Shown here: piece after piece, positions 1 through 10,487 of the stretch
How the letters are laid out: each line of letters begins with the position of its first letter
Position numbering within the stretch: position 1 is the stretch's first letter
Source of the DNA: Acidimicrobiia bacterium
GTDB taxonomy: Bacteria; Actinomycetota; Acidimicrobiia; Spongiisociales; ZC4RG35
DNA length: 64,000 nt
Assembly: GCA_965215185.1 (NCBI GenBank)
Contig: OZ244034.1
Span: 1,376,001-1,440,000, forward strand
Reading direction: 5' to 3'
Translations under genes and position numbers: made by a program
The notes under the pieces: generated by a model
Database searches by the model: none
Seen by the model: only the letters and a program-made list of their open reading frames with translations
What the model was told of the DNA's origin: nothing

Positions 1-10
1 CTAGAAACAT
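1..10 (-). CDS. mraZ: 5' end of probable division/cell wall cluster repressor MraZ (runs off window)
   Basis: Minus strand reads GAGG-CCCG-ATG TTT CTA G (M-F-L-G?), a typical MraZ N-terminus. GTGG-N6 repeats lie upstream, and the dinB-DUF3040-mraZ order is typical of Actinomycetota. Only 3 full codons are visible. Confidence 0.6.
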
Positions 11-66
11 CGGGCCTCAGGTTTATTGGGTGGCGGACAGTTTCACCTATCTTAGGATGAATCTCC

Positions 67-129
67 ATTATATACCACTCATCTCTATTTTATACATATT
101 TTTCTCCACTTTATCCCACCTACATCCAA
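67..129 (-). promoter_or_regulatory. mraZ promoter region with three 10-bp-phased (G/T)TGG MraZ-type boxes and a TATAAT -10
   Basis: Minus strand TTGG-ATGTAG-GTGG-GATAAA-GTGG (129-106) in an AT-rich patch; TATAAT at 72-67. Confidence 0.6.
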
Positions 130-597
130 CAGATCGGTCTTTGCCAGCAAGCCGGGAGCGGTCACCTCCCACGTGAGACCACCACCCATTAACTCCCCTG
201 CCCTCCACCCGACTCCCCCAAGCGACCCGGATCAGACGCGAACCCTGTGCGCAAGCCACATTTTCCCCTCCCAGGTGGGGAAACGTCGCTCTACCCAGCC
301 CTTCATTTTCGGGAAACAGCGACTAACCCGCGAAATTGCCCAATCCCCCCTTCTCCCCACTAGGGCCCACCCCCGCCTCCACCTTGCCATCGGTCAAAGC
401 ACGCTCCGCCAGTCCCCTGAGGGGTGCCTTTTGAGAATATGATCCCTCCGCACGGCGCACGACGCGTCAGAGCAGACCGCAAAGGTTATTCGACTCTTTC
501 ACTCGATAAAGGTCGACCCCTACCCCAGTGAAATTGCGCCATTCTCGGACCTTCTTGCTCTTTGGGCGGGTCTCCACCCGCCTTTTTGGCGCAGAAT

Positions 598-1113
598 CTA
601 TGCGGAGTCGGCCAACAGGTAAGGCTGCCAGGTGGGATCCACCCGATATCCGGAACTGGTGTAGACCCACCCGAATCGCAGAGGAGACCGAGGAGACCTA
701 TGCAACGCGAGCCCCACTTCGTTGAGAAGGTGGTTTCCCTTCTTTATGTTGCAACGACGGCAACAAGCCACCACATTGTCCCAACTGTGAGGTCCCCCGC
801 GGGACCGGGGCACCACGTGATCAAGACTCTCGGCGGCCGCCCCGCAGTACTGGCACGCGTAGCCGTCACGTCCGAACACCGCCCGGCGGGTCAGAGGAAC
901 CGTGCGGCGGAACGGTACTTTCACAAAGTAATTCAGTCGTACCACCGAGGGCACCACAAAGGTCCGCTCAGCCGAGCGCCAAGTCTCCTCCCGGCCTTCC
1001 ACCACCGTCGCCCTGCCCCTCCACACCAGCACCAGGGCACGTCGGGAACTGACCACCGAGAGGGGCTCATAGGTCGCGTTGAGGACTAAGGCTTTGGTCA
1101 TCATCTGTGCCAC
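598..1113 (-). CDS. HNH endonuclease (McrA-like, actinobacterial type)
   Basis: LVLNATYEP N-terminus; RDGYACQYCG...DHVVPRSRGG..SWDNVVACCRRCN..KG motif. Confidence 0.9.
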   Translation of the reverse strand: MAQMMTKALVLNATYEPLSVVSSRRALVLVWRGRATVVEGREETWRSAERTFVVPSVVRLNYFVKVPFRRTVPLTRRAVFGRDGYACQYCGAAAESLDHVVPRSRGGPHSWDNVVACCRRCNIKKGNHLLNEVGLALHRSPRSPLRFGWVYTSSGYRVDPTWQPYLLADSA

Positions 1114-1189
1114 CCGTTGTCAGACTAGACGGCAGCACCCCCTTTGGGGGTGTCAATTATGCAGACGGAGACAGGAAGAGCAGCGTTGG

Positions 1190-1702
1190 TCAGCCTCCCG
1201 CCGCCCAAAATGGATTATCCCGAAAATCCTCATACACCCGATTGAGCGTTCTGCGGAATATCGCACGGTTGAACTCGAAGTGAGAGTGGTCGTCCTCCAC
1301 CTTGTCCGTCACTTCACCCAACACCTCGATGAACACGAATTGCCCGTTCGTCAGCGCGTCCATGACCGCCCTGCTTTCGGGATGGGGAGCCAAAATGGTG
1401 GTTCCGAAAGCGTCGAGGAATAGCCCTGCCTGGGAAATGTGTTGATCCAAATCACCCACGCGGCGCAGGTACTTCCAGGCCCGCTGGATTCTCTGCAGCG
1501 ACATGCCGTTGTCAATCAGGCTCTTGATCACCCGAAGAGCCACCAAGTCCCGAAGATTGTAGATCCTGCGTACGCCCGGCGTACCCCTGGTGCCCTTGAT
1601 GGAAGGCCTGACCAAACCAATCCGGTCCCAATACCGCAACTGATTGTAGCTACAGCCTGTGAATCGCATCGCCTCGGTCGACGTAAAGCCTTCTTCCGGC
1701 AT
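1190..1702 (-). CDS. MerR family transcriptional regulator
   Basis: MerR HTH (GCSYNQLRYWDRIGLVRPS...RRIYNLRDL...GMSLQRI); start moved to ATG 1702 behind an AAGGA RBS. Confidence 0.88.
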   Translation of the reverse strand: MPEEGFTSTEAMRFTGCSYNQLRYWDRIGLVRPSIKGTRGTPGVRRIYNLRDLVALRVIKSLIDNGMSLQRIQRAWKYLRRVGDLDQHISQAGLFLDAFGTTILAPHPESRAVMDALTNGQFVFIEVLGEVTDKVEDDHSHFEFNRAIFRRTLNRVYEDFRDNPFWAAGG

Positions 1703-1736
1703 ATTTTCCTTTTGCACCTCTCCGGTTTCGGCCCGC

Positions 1737-2066
1737 TCAGCGAGGCCAGGAACCAAACCCGTTTGCCCTTGTGTCGCTCCCCCCTTGGACACCCTTCTTG
1801 TGAAGCTTCGTTCGAACCCGCAGGCCCTGCACCAAGAAGGTGGCAGCAACCACCATGATCACAAAACCCGCAAGCGCGATCAACAACCGGGAGGTGAAAA
1901 AGATCAGCACCACCAACATTCCCGCAGCCAGGAGACCTGTGGGCACTACCAAGGAGGCTTTGCTCAAATAGAGCAGCCTCTCCTCGGTGTCTGAAACAAC
2001 TTCCTCTTCGTAGAAGTGGCTTTCGATCTCTTCAAGGATCCGTTGTTCTTCTTCGTTCAGAGGCAC
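1737..2066 (-). CDS. DUF3040 family membrane protein
   Basis: MPLNEEEQRILEEIE N-terminus plus two TM helices; position between dinB and mraZ. Confidence 0.8.
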   Translation of the reverse strand: MPLNEEEQRILEEIESHFYEEEVVSDTEERLLYLSKASLVVPTGLLAAGMLVVLIFFTSRLLIALAGFVIMVVAATFLVQGLRVRTKLHKKGVQGGSDTRANGFGSWPR

Positions 2067-2145
2067 GTCAGCCTAGTCCTCCAGAATTCCGCTTCCGACC
2101 TATCAGTATATGGGCATTCGCCCGAAAGCTAAGCTGTGTTGACGT

Positions 2146-3336
2146 TTACTTTTCTTTAGTAGGGCGGCTGATTCGAGCCGGCATGACCGCCTCGAAGCCG
2201 AACCGGCGACGCAGCCGAAAGACCTCATCCTCCAAACATTCCCATCGTTTATCGCCGTCCAGATCCAATTGGGGCAACGCTTCTCCATGGCTCAAACCTC
2301 CAACCGCGATTCCCAAGAGCCGTACCGCCCTTCCCTCCAATCCGGCCCTGTCGAGCAATTCCGTCACTTGCCGATAGATATCAATCGCCAACCGGGTGGG
2401 TGTCCTCCGGGTGTGGGATCTGGTAATAGTGGCGAAATCACTAAACCTCACCTTGAGAGTTATAGTGGAAGCCCAGGCTTGAGACTGCTGTAGCCGACTT
2501 GCCAGCCGCTCAGCCTGTCCTCTGAGTTTGCCTTCTATCTCAGGTCGACTGTGAAGATCGTGTTCAAACGTATTCTCCACCGAAAGCGACACCCCCACCG
2601 GGTCGGTAACGATGGGACGCTCGTCAATTCCTGCGGCCAGTTTGCTCAAATGCTGCGCCGCCGCACTTCCCACCACCGGACGAAGATGCTCCACCGGAAT
2701 GGCCGCCAAGTCCCCGATCGTGCGGATCCCTAGTCCATGAAGCCGCCGGGCGGTCGCCTCCCCCACTCCCCACAACCTTCGAACCGAAAGGCTGTGAAGA
2801 AAATTCAGGCTCTTGTCGGAGGGAATGAGCAGCAGCCCATCCGGCTTGGCGTCCTGGGAAGCCAGTTTGGCCAGAGTCTTGTTGGCCGCGATCCCCACCG
2901 AAGCAGGCAGCCCCAGCCGGTCATGGACTTCCTTCCTCAACGCCTGCCCCACCTCTGTCACCTCCCGATAGTGATGCCGAAGGCCGGAAACGTCCAAGAA
3001 CGCCTCGTCCACCGACAGCTTCTCCACCCAAGGGGTGAAAGACGAACAAACGGCGAACATCTCTTCGGAGACCTGCCCGTAAAGAGCATGATCAGAAGAA
3101 ACCACCACCAACTGGGGACAGAGCTTGAGAGCTTGCAGGACGGGCATCGCCGAGTGCACCCCCAAGCGTCTAGCCTCATAAGAAGCGGAAGCCACCACAC
3201 CCCGCCGCCCGCTTCCACCCACCGCCACAGCCCTCCTCCGCAGTTCTGGTCGGCGTCGTCGCTCGACCTCCACGAAGAAAGCATCCATATCCACATGAAT
3301 AATGGGTTCCCAAAATCTCGGAGCGCTCATATTCAT
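2146..3336 (-). CDS. dinB: DNA polymerase IV
   Basis: IIHVDMDAFF, ASYEAR, SVDEAFLD Y-family motifs and C-terminal little-finger domain. Confidence 0.95.
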   Translation of the reverse strand: MNMSAPRFWEPIIHVDMDAFFVEVERRRRPELRRRAVAVGGSGRRGVVASASYEARRLGVHSAMPVLQALKLCPQLVVVSSDHALYGQVSEEMFAVCSSFTPWVEKLSVDEAFLDVSGLRHHYREVTEVGQALRKEVHDRLGLPASVGIAANKTLAKLASQDAKPDGLLLIPSDKSLNFLHSLSVRRLWGVGEATARRLHGLGIRTIGDLAAIPVEHLRPVVGSAAAQHLSKLAAGIDERPIVTDPVGVSLSVENTFEHDLHSRPEIEGKLRGQAERLASRLQQSQAWASTITLKVRFSDFATITRSHTRRTPTRLAIDIYRQVTELLDRAGLEGRAVRLLGIAVGGLSHGEALPQLDLDGDKRWECLEDEVFRLRRRFGFEAVMPARISRPTKEK

Positions 3337-3364
3337 TCACAGTACCTATAAGCTGAGGCGGGAA

Positions 3365-3967
3365 ATGGCGGATTTGATCCATTTGGTACGGCACGGAGAA
3401 GTTTACAATCCGCAGCACTTGGTGTACGCCTCACTGCCGGGGTTTCATCTGAGCCCCCTCGGTGTCCGGCAAACCCGAGAGGCTGGACGCTATCTGGCCA
3501 GCCGGCCCCTTCGAGCCGTGTGGTCGTCCCCTTTGCAAAGAGCCAGGGAGACTGCAATAAACCTGGCCGCCCCTCACCAATTAGAGGTGAAAGTTCTCTC
3601 CGATCTGGTGGAATGGAAGCTACTTGATCGGTGGGCCGGCCTTAGGTGGGAACACATACCCAAGCAGTTCCCCGGTGAGGTGGAAGCCTATTTGCAGCAC
3701 CCCTCCGATCTCGTTTTCGCTTCAGAAACCCTCTCGCAGCTGGCGCAGAGGATTGCCCAAGCGGTTGAGAAGGTGGCAGCCACCTCCCCCGCGGGGGAGG
3801 TGGCGGTGGTCGGACACCAGGACCCTATTCAGGCCGGACGGCTCGCCCTAACCGGACAACCTCTCGACCGGTTGTTCCAAGATCGCCCCCAGCACTGCTC
3901 GGTTATAACCCTGCAACCGGGGAATTCCTGGACAGAGGTCAAAAAGTGGGATCCTCCTAACCGATAA
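3365..3967 (+). CDS. Histidine phosphatase family protein
   Basis: [17 protein letters not shown] and VVGH motifs; start moved to ATG 3365. Confidence 0.9.
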   Translation: MADLIHLVRHGEVYNPQHLVYASLPGFHLSPLGVRQTREAGRYLASRPLRAVWSSPLQRARETAINLAAPHQLEVKVLSDLVEWKLLDRWAGLRWEHIPKQFPGEVEAYLQHPSDLVFASETLSQLAQRIAQAVEKVAATSPAGEVAVVGHQDPIQAGRLALTGQPLDRLFQDRPQHCSVITLQPGNSWTEVKKWDPPNR

Positions 3968-6020
3968 AGGCATCGGCAAAGATCAAGGAAACGATGGTCA
4001 TCACCTTGATCACGATGTTCATGGCCGGCCCCGAAGTGTCCTTGAATGGATCACCCACCGTGTCGCCGATTACCGCCGCCTTATGGGCATCGGAACCCTT
4101 TCCACCTCGATTTCCCGCTTCGATGTGCTTTTTGGCATTGTCCCATGCGCCCCCGGCATTGGCCATGTAGATCGCCAGAAGGAACCCGGTCACCAGCGCT
4201 CCCGCCAAGAAGCCCCCCAAAGCGGAGATGTTGATGAAACCGATCAGCAGCGGCAGCGCCACCGCCAGCACTCCGGGGAGAACCATCTCTCGCAGAGCAG
4301 CGTCAGTGGCGATCTCCACACAACGTGCATACTCGGGCCGGGCATCGGGTTTCCCCTCTCTCAGCCCAGGGATCTCCCGAAACTGGCGACGCACTTCTTC
4401 GATCATGGCGAAGGCGGCCCGGCCCACTGATGAAATGGTCAAAGCCGCAAACAAGAACGGGAACATCCCCCCTAAAAACAGCCCGATGATCACTTCCACC
4501 GAGACGATGTTGATCACATCCAAACCCACCGCCTCCGTGAAGGTGGCGAACAGCGCCAACGAGGTGACCGCCGCCGACGCGATAGCGAAACCCTTGGCAA
4601 CCGCCGCGGTGGTATTGCCCAAGGAATCGAGGGCGTCGGTCGCCTCCCGCACCTCGGGAGGAAGATGGGCCATCTCGGCGATCCCCCCGGCGTTGTCGGC
4701 GATGGGACCGTAAGCATCCACAGCGATGGTGATGCCCAGGGTGGCCAGCACTCCGATGGCCGCCACCGCCACCCCATAGATTCCACCATCGGCGCCCAGC
4801 GCCCACTCTCCGGCCGAGAATGCTCCGCCGATTCCCGCGGCCACCACCAGCACCGAGTAAGCAGCCGATTTCTTCCCCACCGCAATTCCGGCCAGCACCA
4901 CCGTGGCCGGACCGGTCTCGGCCTGCTCGGCGATGTGTTTTACCGCCCGATAATGGTCGGAGGTGTATATCTCGGAGATCTTTCCGATCAGATATCCCAC
5001 CGCCAGGCCGATCACCACCGCCACCCATAGACCGAGAGGCTGAACCTCGGAGTTGTCTCCAAAAACCCAATACGAGACACCCAGGATCCCAAGCGCCGCC
5101 AGGATCATCGAGGTGTTGGTCCCCCGGTGAAGCGCCGAAGCCAGATCAGAGGCGCTGCGGGGCTTGACGAAGAAGGAACCGATGATCGAGGCCAACATCC
5201 CCACCGTTCCGACCGCCAGAGGAAAGACGATGGCTCCCAACTGATAGGAGGCGCTGGAAAAGGCCAGGGCTGCGAACGCAATCGGAGCCACCAGGGAGCC
5301 AACATAGGATTCGAAGAGATCAGCGCCCATCCCGGCCACGTCACCAACATTGTCTCCCACGTTGTCGGCGATCACGGCCGGATTCCGGGGATCGTCCTCG
5401 GGAATGCCCGCCTCCACTTTCCCGACCAGGTCGGCGCCGATATCGGCCGCCTTGGTGTAGATTCCTCCACCCACTCGGGCGAACAGCGCAATCGACGACC
5501 CGCCCAGCCCAATCGCCGTCAGTATTTCCACTCCTCTGGTCATCTCCAGCCCCCCTATTTCGACAAACACCAAATAGCCGAGCGCCACCCCGGCCAGACC
5601 CAAACCGGCCACGGTGAAACCCATCACCGCCCCGCCCCGGAAAGCGAGGGGAAGGGCCAGTTGCACACCACCCAACCGGGCCGCTTCGGCGGTGCGGGAG
5701 TTGGCGGCGGTGGCCACTCTCATCCCCACGAATCCGGCTGTTGCCGAAAGCACCGCCCCGAACAGATATGCGACCGCCCGCAACCACCCATCGTCGAGCA
5801 CCAGCCCGATCAGAACAAACATCGTCAACACGAACACCGCCAGCCACCGATACTCTCGCCGCAAGAACGCCATCGATCCCTCCCGAATGGCGTCGGCGAT
5901 CTCTTTCATCCGATCATTCCCCATCGGAGCGGCCAACACCTGACGGGTGAACCACACCGCCAACACCAACGCTGCCAAGCCCAAAACCAGGGCGGCGATC
6001 AAAAAGAATGACTGATCCAT
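3957..6020 (-). CDS. hppA: Membrane-integral K+-dependent, probably Na+-translocating pyrophosphatase
   Basis: [34 protein letters not shown] and [14 protein letters not shown] motifs; highly hydrophobic. Confidence 0.95.
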   Translation of the reverse strand: MDQSFFLIAALVLGLAALVLAVWFTRQVLAAPMGNDRMKEIADAIREGSMAFLRREYRWLAVFVLTMFVLIGLVLDDGWLRAVAYLFGAVLSATAGFVGMRVATAANSRTAEAARLGGVQLALPLAFRGGAVMGFTVAGLGLAGVALGYLVFVEIGGLEMTRGVEILTAIGLGGSSIALFARVGGGIYTKAADIGADLVGKVEAGIPEDDPRNPAVIADNVGDNVGDVAGMGADLFESYVGSLVAPIAFAALAFSSASYQLGAIVFPLAVGTVGMLASIIGSFFVKPRSASDLASALHRGTNTSMILAALGILGVSYWVFGDNSEVQPLGLWVAVVIGLAVGYLIGKISEIYTSDHYRAVKHIAEQAETGPATVVLAGIAVGKKSAAYSVLVVAAGIGGAFSAGEWALGADGGIYGVAVAAIGVLATLGITIAVDAYGPIADNAGGIAEMAHLPPEVREATDALDSLGNTTAAVAKGFAIASAAVTSLALFATFTEAVGLDVINIVSVEVIIGLFLGGMFPFLFAALTISSVGRAAFAMIEEVRRQFREIPGLREGKPDARPEYARCVEIATDAALREMVLPGVLAVALPLLIGFINISALGGFLAGALVTGFLLAIYMANAGGAWDNAKKHIEAGNRGGKGSDAHKAAVIGDTVGDPFKDTSGPAMNIVIKVMTIVSLIFADAFIG

Positions 6021-6423
6021 AGGGGGAATACCTCTCCTCGGAGAATCGACGGACTGCTTTGCGTGCCATCCGCCAGTTTAGGAAAACGAATCGCCCCTAC
6101 AACCTTCCCCCCCCCAATCCCCCTGCCTTCCCTCCCTGGCGGGTCATGATCTTGAGGGAAAAGCCCGAACACCGCATTGGGTGACCAGCGGTTGTTGGCT
6201 TCCCTATCAACCAAATTGAGTCCAGCTAAGACCTTCGACCCGATGGCAGAGCTCAATCGGTGTGCAAACAACCCGAGATCATCCCGGTAAACATCGGCCC
6301 TTACCGGGGCGCGGACCTGCTTGACCTCAAAGCGGTGGTGGATGCGGATCACCGCCGAGGACAGTGGGCTTGCCCGCTTGCAGCCCAACGGAACAGAACC
6401 CGCCACCCCCTGGAATTCGCGAT

Positions 6424-8175
6424 TCAGCCGAGGTTTTCGCGCTTGGAACGGATCCAGGCTAGGAACTCTTCGCGGGGCAGGGTGTTCAACACCGCCTCAG
6501 GGGTGGCCCATCCGCGCCGGGCATTGGCCGCTCCGTAGGACATTCTCTTCAGCTCCGAGACGTGGTGGGAATCGGTGGAGATGACCAGCATCACCCCCTT
6601 GGCCACCGCCCGGCGGATCACCTCGGGAGAGGCGTCTAGCCGGTCGAGGGCGCCGTTCACCTCCAAGGCCACTCCGCGGACCGCCATCTCCTCCAGCACC
6701 GGGTCCAGTTCCAGTTCGATCCCCGGGCGTCTTCCCAGCATCCTCCCCGTGAGATGCCCGATGGCGGAGACAGCGGGGTCGGCCACTGCCCGGAGAAGCC
6801 GGTAGGTTTGCTGGCGGGGAGTCAGGTCGTAGTGAGAATGAACAGAAGCCACGCACCAGTCAAAGCGCAGCCGAAAGTCGAGGTCATAGTCGAGGCGGCC
6901 GTCGGCGCCAATGTTCAACTCGCACCCGAACAACAACTCGATCTCGGGATTGCGCTTCGCAAGCTCTGAGATCTCTCTGCGATGAGCTTGCATCTCTTCC
7001 CGGGACAGCCCGTTGATGGCCAGATCCTCCCCGTGGTCGGTGATTGCCACGTACTCGAGTCCGGCGTTGATGGCGGCTCGCACCATCTCGGATGCAGTTG
7101 AACGCCCATCGCCGGACCGGTCGGTGTGATAGTGCAGATCACCGCGGATGTGTGCCATCGACACCAACTGCGGCGCCCTGCCCTGCAGGGCCAATTCCAC
7201 CTCTCCCGCGTCCTCTCGGATCTCGGGGGTGAGCCATGTCATGCCCAGGGCGGCATAGATTCCCTCTTCGGTTTCCGAGACCACCGGATGGTCTTCACCC
7301 TGGTTGAACAGTCCGTACTCGTTGAGAAGCTGATCCTGTTCCATTGCCAACTGGCGAAGTCGCACGTTGTGAGCCTTGGAACCGGTGAAATAGAGCATGG
7401 CCGCACCCAGTTGGGAGGGAGCGACCACCCGCACATCGACTCCCAGTCCGCTCTGGGTCAGAACCGAAGTCTTGGTCTTTCCCGACAGAAGGGTCTCTTC
7501 CACTAGATAATGAATGCCAACAGCCGCCATCACTTGCGACCAGTTGGCCGGATCGGCCGCCACCACCAGGTCGATATCAGCCACCGATTCCCGAAAGCGA
7601 CGGGCGCTTCCACAAATCTCCACCGCTTCCACGCCTTCCACTTCCCTCAGATCACCGCGAAACGTCTCGGCGATCGGCAGTGCCCTGACCAAAGGAGTGC
7701 GACGGTCTTTTCCTACCAGGCCAAGCCGCTCCACTGCCCTGGCGATCTTTGCCTCGCTGGTGGGGCCCAATCCGGGAAGGCTCCGAAGTTGCTCTTGCTC
7801 CAAAGCTGCCAAGAGATCATCCAAAGACTCCACTCCCAGTTCCCGCCGGATCATTTTCACGGTCTTTGGCCCCAGTCCCGGGATGCGGGTCAGTTCCTGG
7901 AAAGCCGGGGGGTATTTGGAACGCAGAGCCTCTAGCTTCCTCACCTGACCGGTGTTCGAAAACTCCGCAATGGTGGCTGCGATGCTCTTCCCGATCCCTC
8001 TAATGCTTTGGATCTGGTTGGATTCAAGCCCGGCCACCTCCTCCACCTGATTCTCCACCGCCCGCCGGGCCCGCTCATAGGCCCGCACCTTGAAGGACTG
8101 CGGTGAGCTTTCATCCAAAGTAGTGAGTTGGATCAACTCGTCGAGCATCGCCAGGATTTGTCGGTTGGAAACCAT
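6424..8175 (-). CDS. polX: DNA polymerase X family with C-terminal PHP domain
   Basis: HhH repeats (GIGKS, GLGPKT), GSARR..ADIDL, YFTGSK, NEYG; PHP motifs DLHYHT, TDH, STDSH. Confidence 0.93.
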   Translation of the reverse strand: MVSNRQILAMLDELIQLTTLDESSPQSFKVRAYERARRAVENQVEEVAGLESNQIQSIRGIGKSIAATIAEFSNTGQVRKLEALRSKYPPAFQELTRIPGLGPKTVKMIRRELGVESLDDLLAALEQEQLRSLPGLGPTSEAKIARAVERLGLVGKDRRTPLVRALPIAETFRGDLREVEGVEAVEICGSARRFRESVADIDLVVAADPANWSQVMAAVGIHYLVEETLLSGKTKTSVLTQSGLGVDVRVVAPSQLGAAMLYFTGSKAHNVRLRQLAMEQDQLLNEYGLFNQGEDHPVVSETEEGIYAALGMTWLTPEIREDAGEVELALQGRAPQLVSMAHIRGDLHYHTDRSGDGRSTASEMVRAAINAGLEYVAITDHGEDLAINGLSREEMQAHRREISELAKRNPEIELLFGCELNIGADGRLDYDLDFRLRFDWCVASVHSHYDLTPRQQTYRLLRAVADPAVSAIGHLTGRMLGRRPGIELELDPVLEEMAVRGVALEVNGALDRLDASPEVIRRAVAKGVMLVISTDSHHVSELKRMSYGAANARRGWATPEAVLNTLPREEFLAWIRSKRENLG

Positions 8176-8253
8176 ACGGGAGAAAGTAACAGAAGCGACC
8201 TATATACCTTCCCGTGATTACCAACCATTTGGCCGTTCGCCGACTGGGAACGG

Positions 8254-9033
8254 CTAAACCCAGATGTTCATTGGGTAACAGGTCTCGTCTGCGTCACAGC
8301 AACCTAAAGGTTGCGCGTCTCCCGAGACCAGTCGACGGGCGGTCCATGCCGCCGCGACGGCGTCAAGAACATCATCAAGACCCGGGGAGGGCGGACCGGT
8401 GATCTCCGTCGCCACCGCCGCCTCGACAATATTGGGAAAGTGGCGCTTGAGCAGGGTTAGGCGCTCGGCCACTCCGGCTTGACGGCTCTTGTGAAAGCTC
8501 ATCGGACGCCCAGCCATCCCTGCAAAGCTCACCTCCGGGTGCACCTCAGCAGCCCGCGTTCGTGCTCCAGCGGCGAAGGCGCCCGGTTCAAGGGATCGTC
8601 GTACATCCCAGATCTTTGGCAAGAGTGCGAATGTCTGCCTCGTCATGCCCTTTCCAGTTAGGTCGCGCGACAGATCTTGGGCCTCTCGATAGGTAGTAGC
8701 TCCCAGTGTGCACAGGGGCGGGGCCGGAAACACTGAGGAGGAACGGTTAGGCGGCCCCCTCAATAGGTAGCGGGCTTCTCTATCAGCGGCGCGGCCCTCT
8801 TTGCCCGGCAGCCCGATGAGAATATCCACCGCCACAGCCAAGAGGCCCCTATCGCAGGCGTTCTTCCACAGATCAGCGAACGATGTCCATACCGAAAACT
8901 CCTTCACTGGAGATCCGGGGGCTGCGCCGGTCACCGCCATGACCCAGTTGCTCGACTCTTCCTTCTTTCCGGAAGGGCTCTTGCCCGATACGCCGTCCAC
9001 GCCACCGACCAGCCCCGCTTCAGAGTCCACCAT
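8254..9033 (-). CDS. DUF429 family (predicted RNase H-like nuclease)
   Basis: GVDG, VDILIGL, R.ADREAR, EVHPEVSF and DDVLDAVAAAWTARR motifs; start uncertain (9033 or 9042). Confidence 0.82.
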   Translation of the reverse strand: MVDSEAGLVGGVDGVSGKSPSGKKEESSNWVMAVTGAAPGSPVKEFSVWTSFADLWKNACDRGLLAVAVDILIGLPGKEGRAADREARYLLRGPPNRSSSVFPAPPLCTLGATTYREAQDLSRDLTGKGMTRQTFALLPKIWDVRRSLEPGAFAAGARTRAAEVHPEVSFAGMAGRPMSFHKSRQAGVAERLTLLKRHFPNIVEAAVATEITGPPSPGLDDVLDAVAAAWTARRLVSGDAQPLGCCDADETCYPMNIWV

Positions 9034-9077
9034 GCTGCCCACAATCTTGGCTCACGCCAGTTTGGTGATCGTCAGGA

Positions 9078-9215
9078 TCACGTAGCAACCGAAACCAAAG
9101 CCCCACAGAAACTCAGCAACACGGTGAGAATCGTGATCGCTCCAATCACCACTACCCAGCGGTAGGTCTTCTTGACATAAGCCAACATTTCCTCGAAACG
9201 GTCGTCTTCAAACAC
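9078..9215 (-). CDS. Small single-pass membrane protein (45 aa; not in the ORF track)
   Basis: GTG..TGA encodes VFEDDRFEEMLAYVKKTYRWVVVIGAITILTVLLSFCGALVSVAT, preceded by purine-rich GGGAAAGGGAAAAGA. Confidence 0.55.
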   Translation of the reverse strand: MFEDDRFEEMLAYVKKTYRWVVVIGAITILTVLLSFCGALVSVAT

Positions 9216-9324
9216 TCTTTTCCCTTTCCCGCTGCGCTCTCGACCTTACCAGCGACGCTCAATCCCCCGAGAATAGGGAACCGCCGTCACCGGTGGGCCT
9301 GGTCGGGAGATCCGAATTGCCGAC

Positions 9325-9801
9325 CTACTGAGCTGAAATGCAAGCCGTGGTCGCCCCCAAGAGCCTTACCAACTCGGCGGGATTGATCTCGATCTGCAAA
9401 CCGCGTTTTCCGGCGCTTACCCATATGGTCGAGTACTGCACCACTGCCTCGTCCACGACCACCGTCAGTTCTCGGCGTTGCCCGAAAGGGCTGATGCCGC
9501 CAGGCACATATCCGGTGAGCCGTTCCGCTTCTCTGGGCGACGCCATCCTCACCCGCCGGACGCCCACTACCTTGGCCAACTCTTTGACGCTAAGCCGAGC
9601 ATCGGCCGGCACCAGGCCCACCATGGGCCGCTCGTCAGCGAACACCGCCAGGGTCTTGAAAAGCCTCGCCGGGTCGACATCCAATTGCTCGGCCACCGCC
9701 CTCCCGTAATCGGTTACGGCCTCGAAGTCCACCTGGTAGGAGTGCAACCGAAAAGATACTCCAGCTCTTTTCAGGAAGACCGTTGCTCTCGTTTCTCCCA
9801 T
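9325..9801 (-). CDS. ybaK: Cys-tRNA(Pro) deacylase, YbaK/EbsC family
   Basis: FKTL, AERLTGYVPGGISPFGQ and SAGKRG motifs; start moved to ATG 9801. Confidence 0.9.
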   Translation of the reverse strand: MGETRATVFLKRAGVSFRLHSYQVDFEAVTDYGRAVAEQLDVDPARLFKTLAVFADERPMVGLVPADARLSVKELAKVVGVRRVRMASPREAERLTGYVPGGISPFGQRRELTVVVDEAVVQYSTIWVSAGKRGLQIEINPAELVRLLGATTACISAQ

Positions 9802-9814
9802 CCGCTTGCTGTTC

Positions 9815-10085
9815 ATTGGTCCCAGGGTAGGGAGTGAACTCGGCCCGAGACTGGGCAAAGATTTTGATGTCATCCCAAAGCCACAGCCGGGTGACCACCT
9901 CGGTTCGAACCGACACGATCCTCACTACCGAACGCTGATCGACCTGACATCGGCATCAGACCAAGCGAGCGCCGTTTGCCTCCGCCATCCGCCGCGCCGC
10001 CTCCCGAGGCGTAGAAGCCACACTGAAAGTGGCCGGAGCGGCCGCCAGCACCGCCACGGCGCCCCGCTCGTGGACCCAGTCATCC
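9815..10085 (-). pseudogene. Degenerate Rv3654c-like Tad minor pilin
   Basis: Frame reads HERG-AVAVLAAAPATF...AARRMAEANGARLV*CRC...AQSRAEFTP. In-frame TGA at 9956-9958, and the hydrophobic segment expected after ERG appears deleted. Confidence 0.6.
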
Positions 10086-10450
10086 TTAGCCTTCCCGCTG
10101 CATGACTGCTCGGCCCTGCAGTCGGATGACCAACCGATCCAGGAACGGAGTGACCGGTCGGTATTGCATGGATACCACCACCTCGACGGGGTGACCCACC
10201 ACCTGCGCGCCGGTTACTCCCACCCGGACCTTCTCCGCCAACCGGACCGGAAGGGACGACTTGACGGCCGCTGCCGCCCGAGCCGGATCAGGGTGGGTGG
10301 CCGCCACCCGAGTGCCCTCCCGGGCAGCGGCCTCCATTTCGAGACGGGTGCCCGCGATCATGAACATTTCGGCGACCGCCACCAACACAACAAGATGATG
10401 GGAATCAGCAAAACCGCCTCCACCGCCAAAGAACCCTTCTCGTCGTGCAT
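10086..10450 (-). pseudogene. TadE-family pilin, frameshifted
   Basis: ATG 10450 gives MHDEKGSLAVEAVLLIPIILL (prepilin G/S...E+5 motif), one base out of frame with LVAVAEMF...AAAREGTRVAA of ORF 10086-10388. Confidence 0.72.
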
Positions 10451-10487
10451 CTGTAGGCCCGGTTAGAAACCCAACCCGACCTTGGCC

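Noticed and set aside
6030-6420. Possible riboswitch or gene upstream of hppA
   Set aside because: No recognisable riboswitch consensus; VNIGPYRG...WMRITA may be a decayed gene fragment but is too weak to call.
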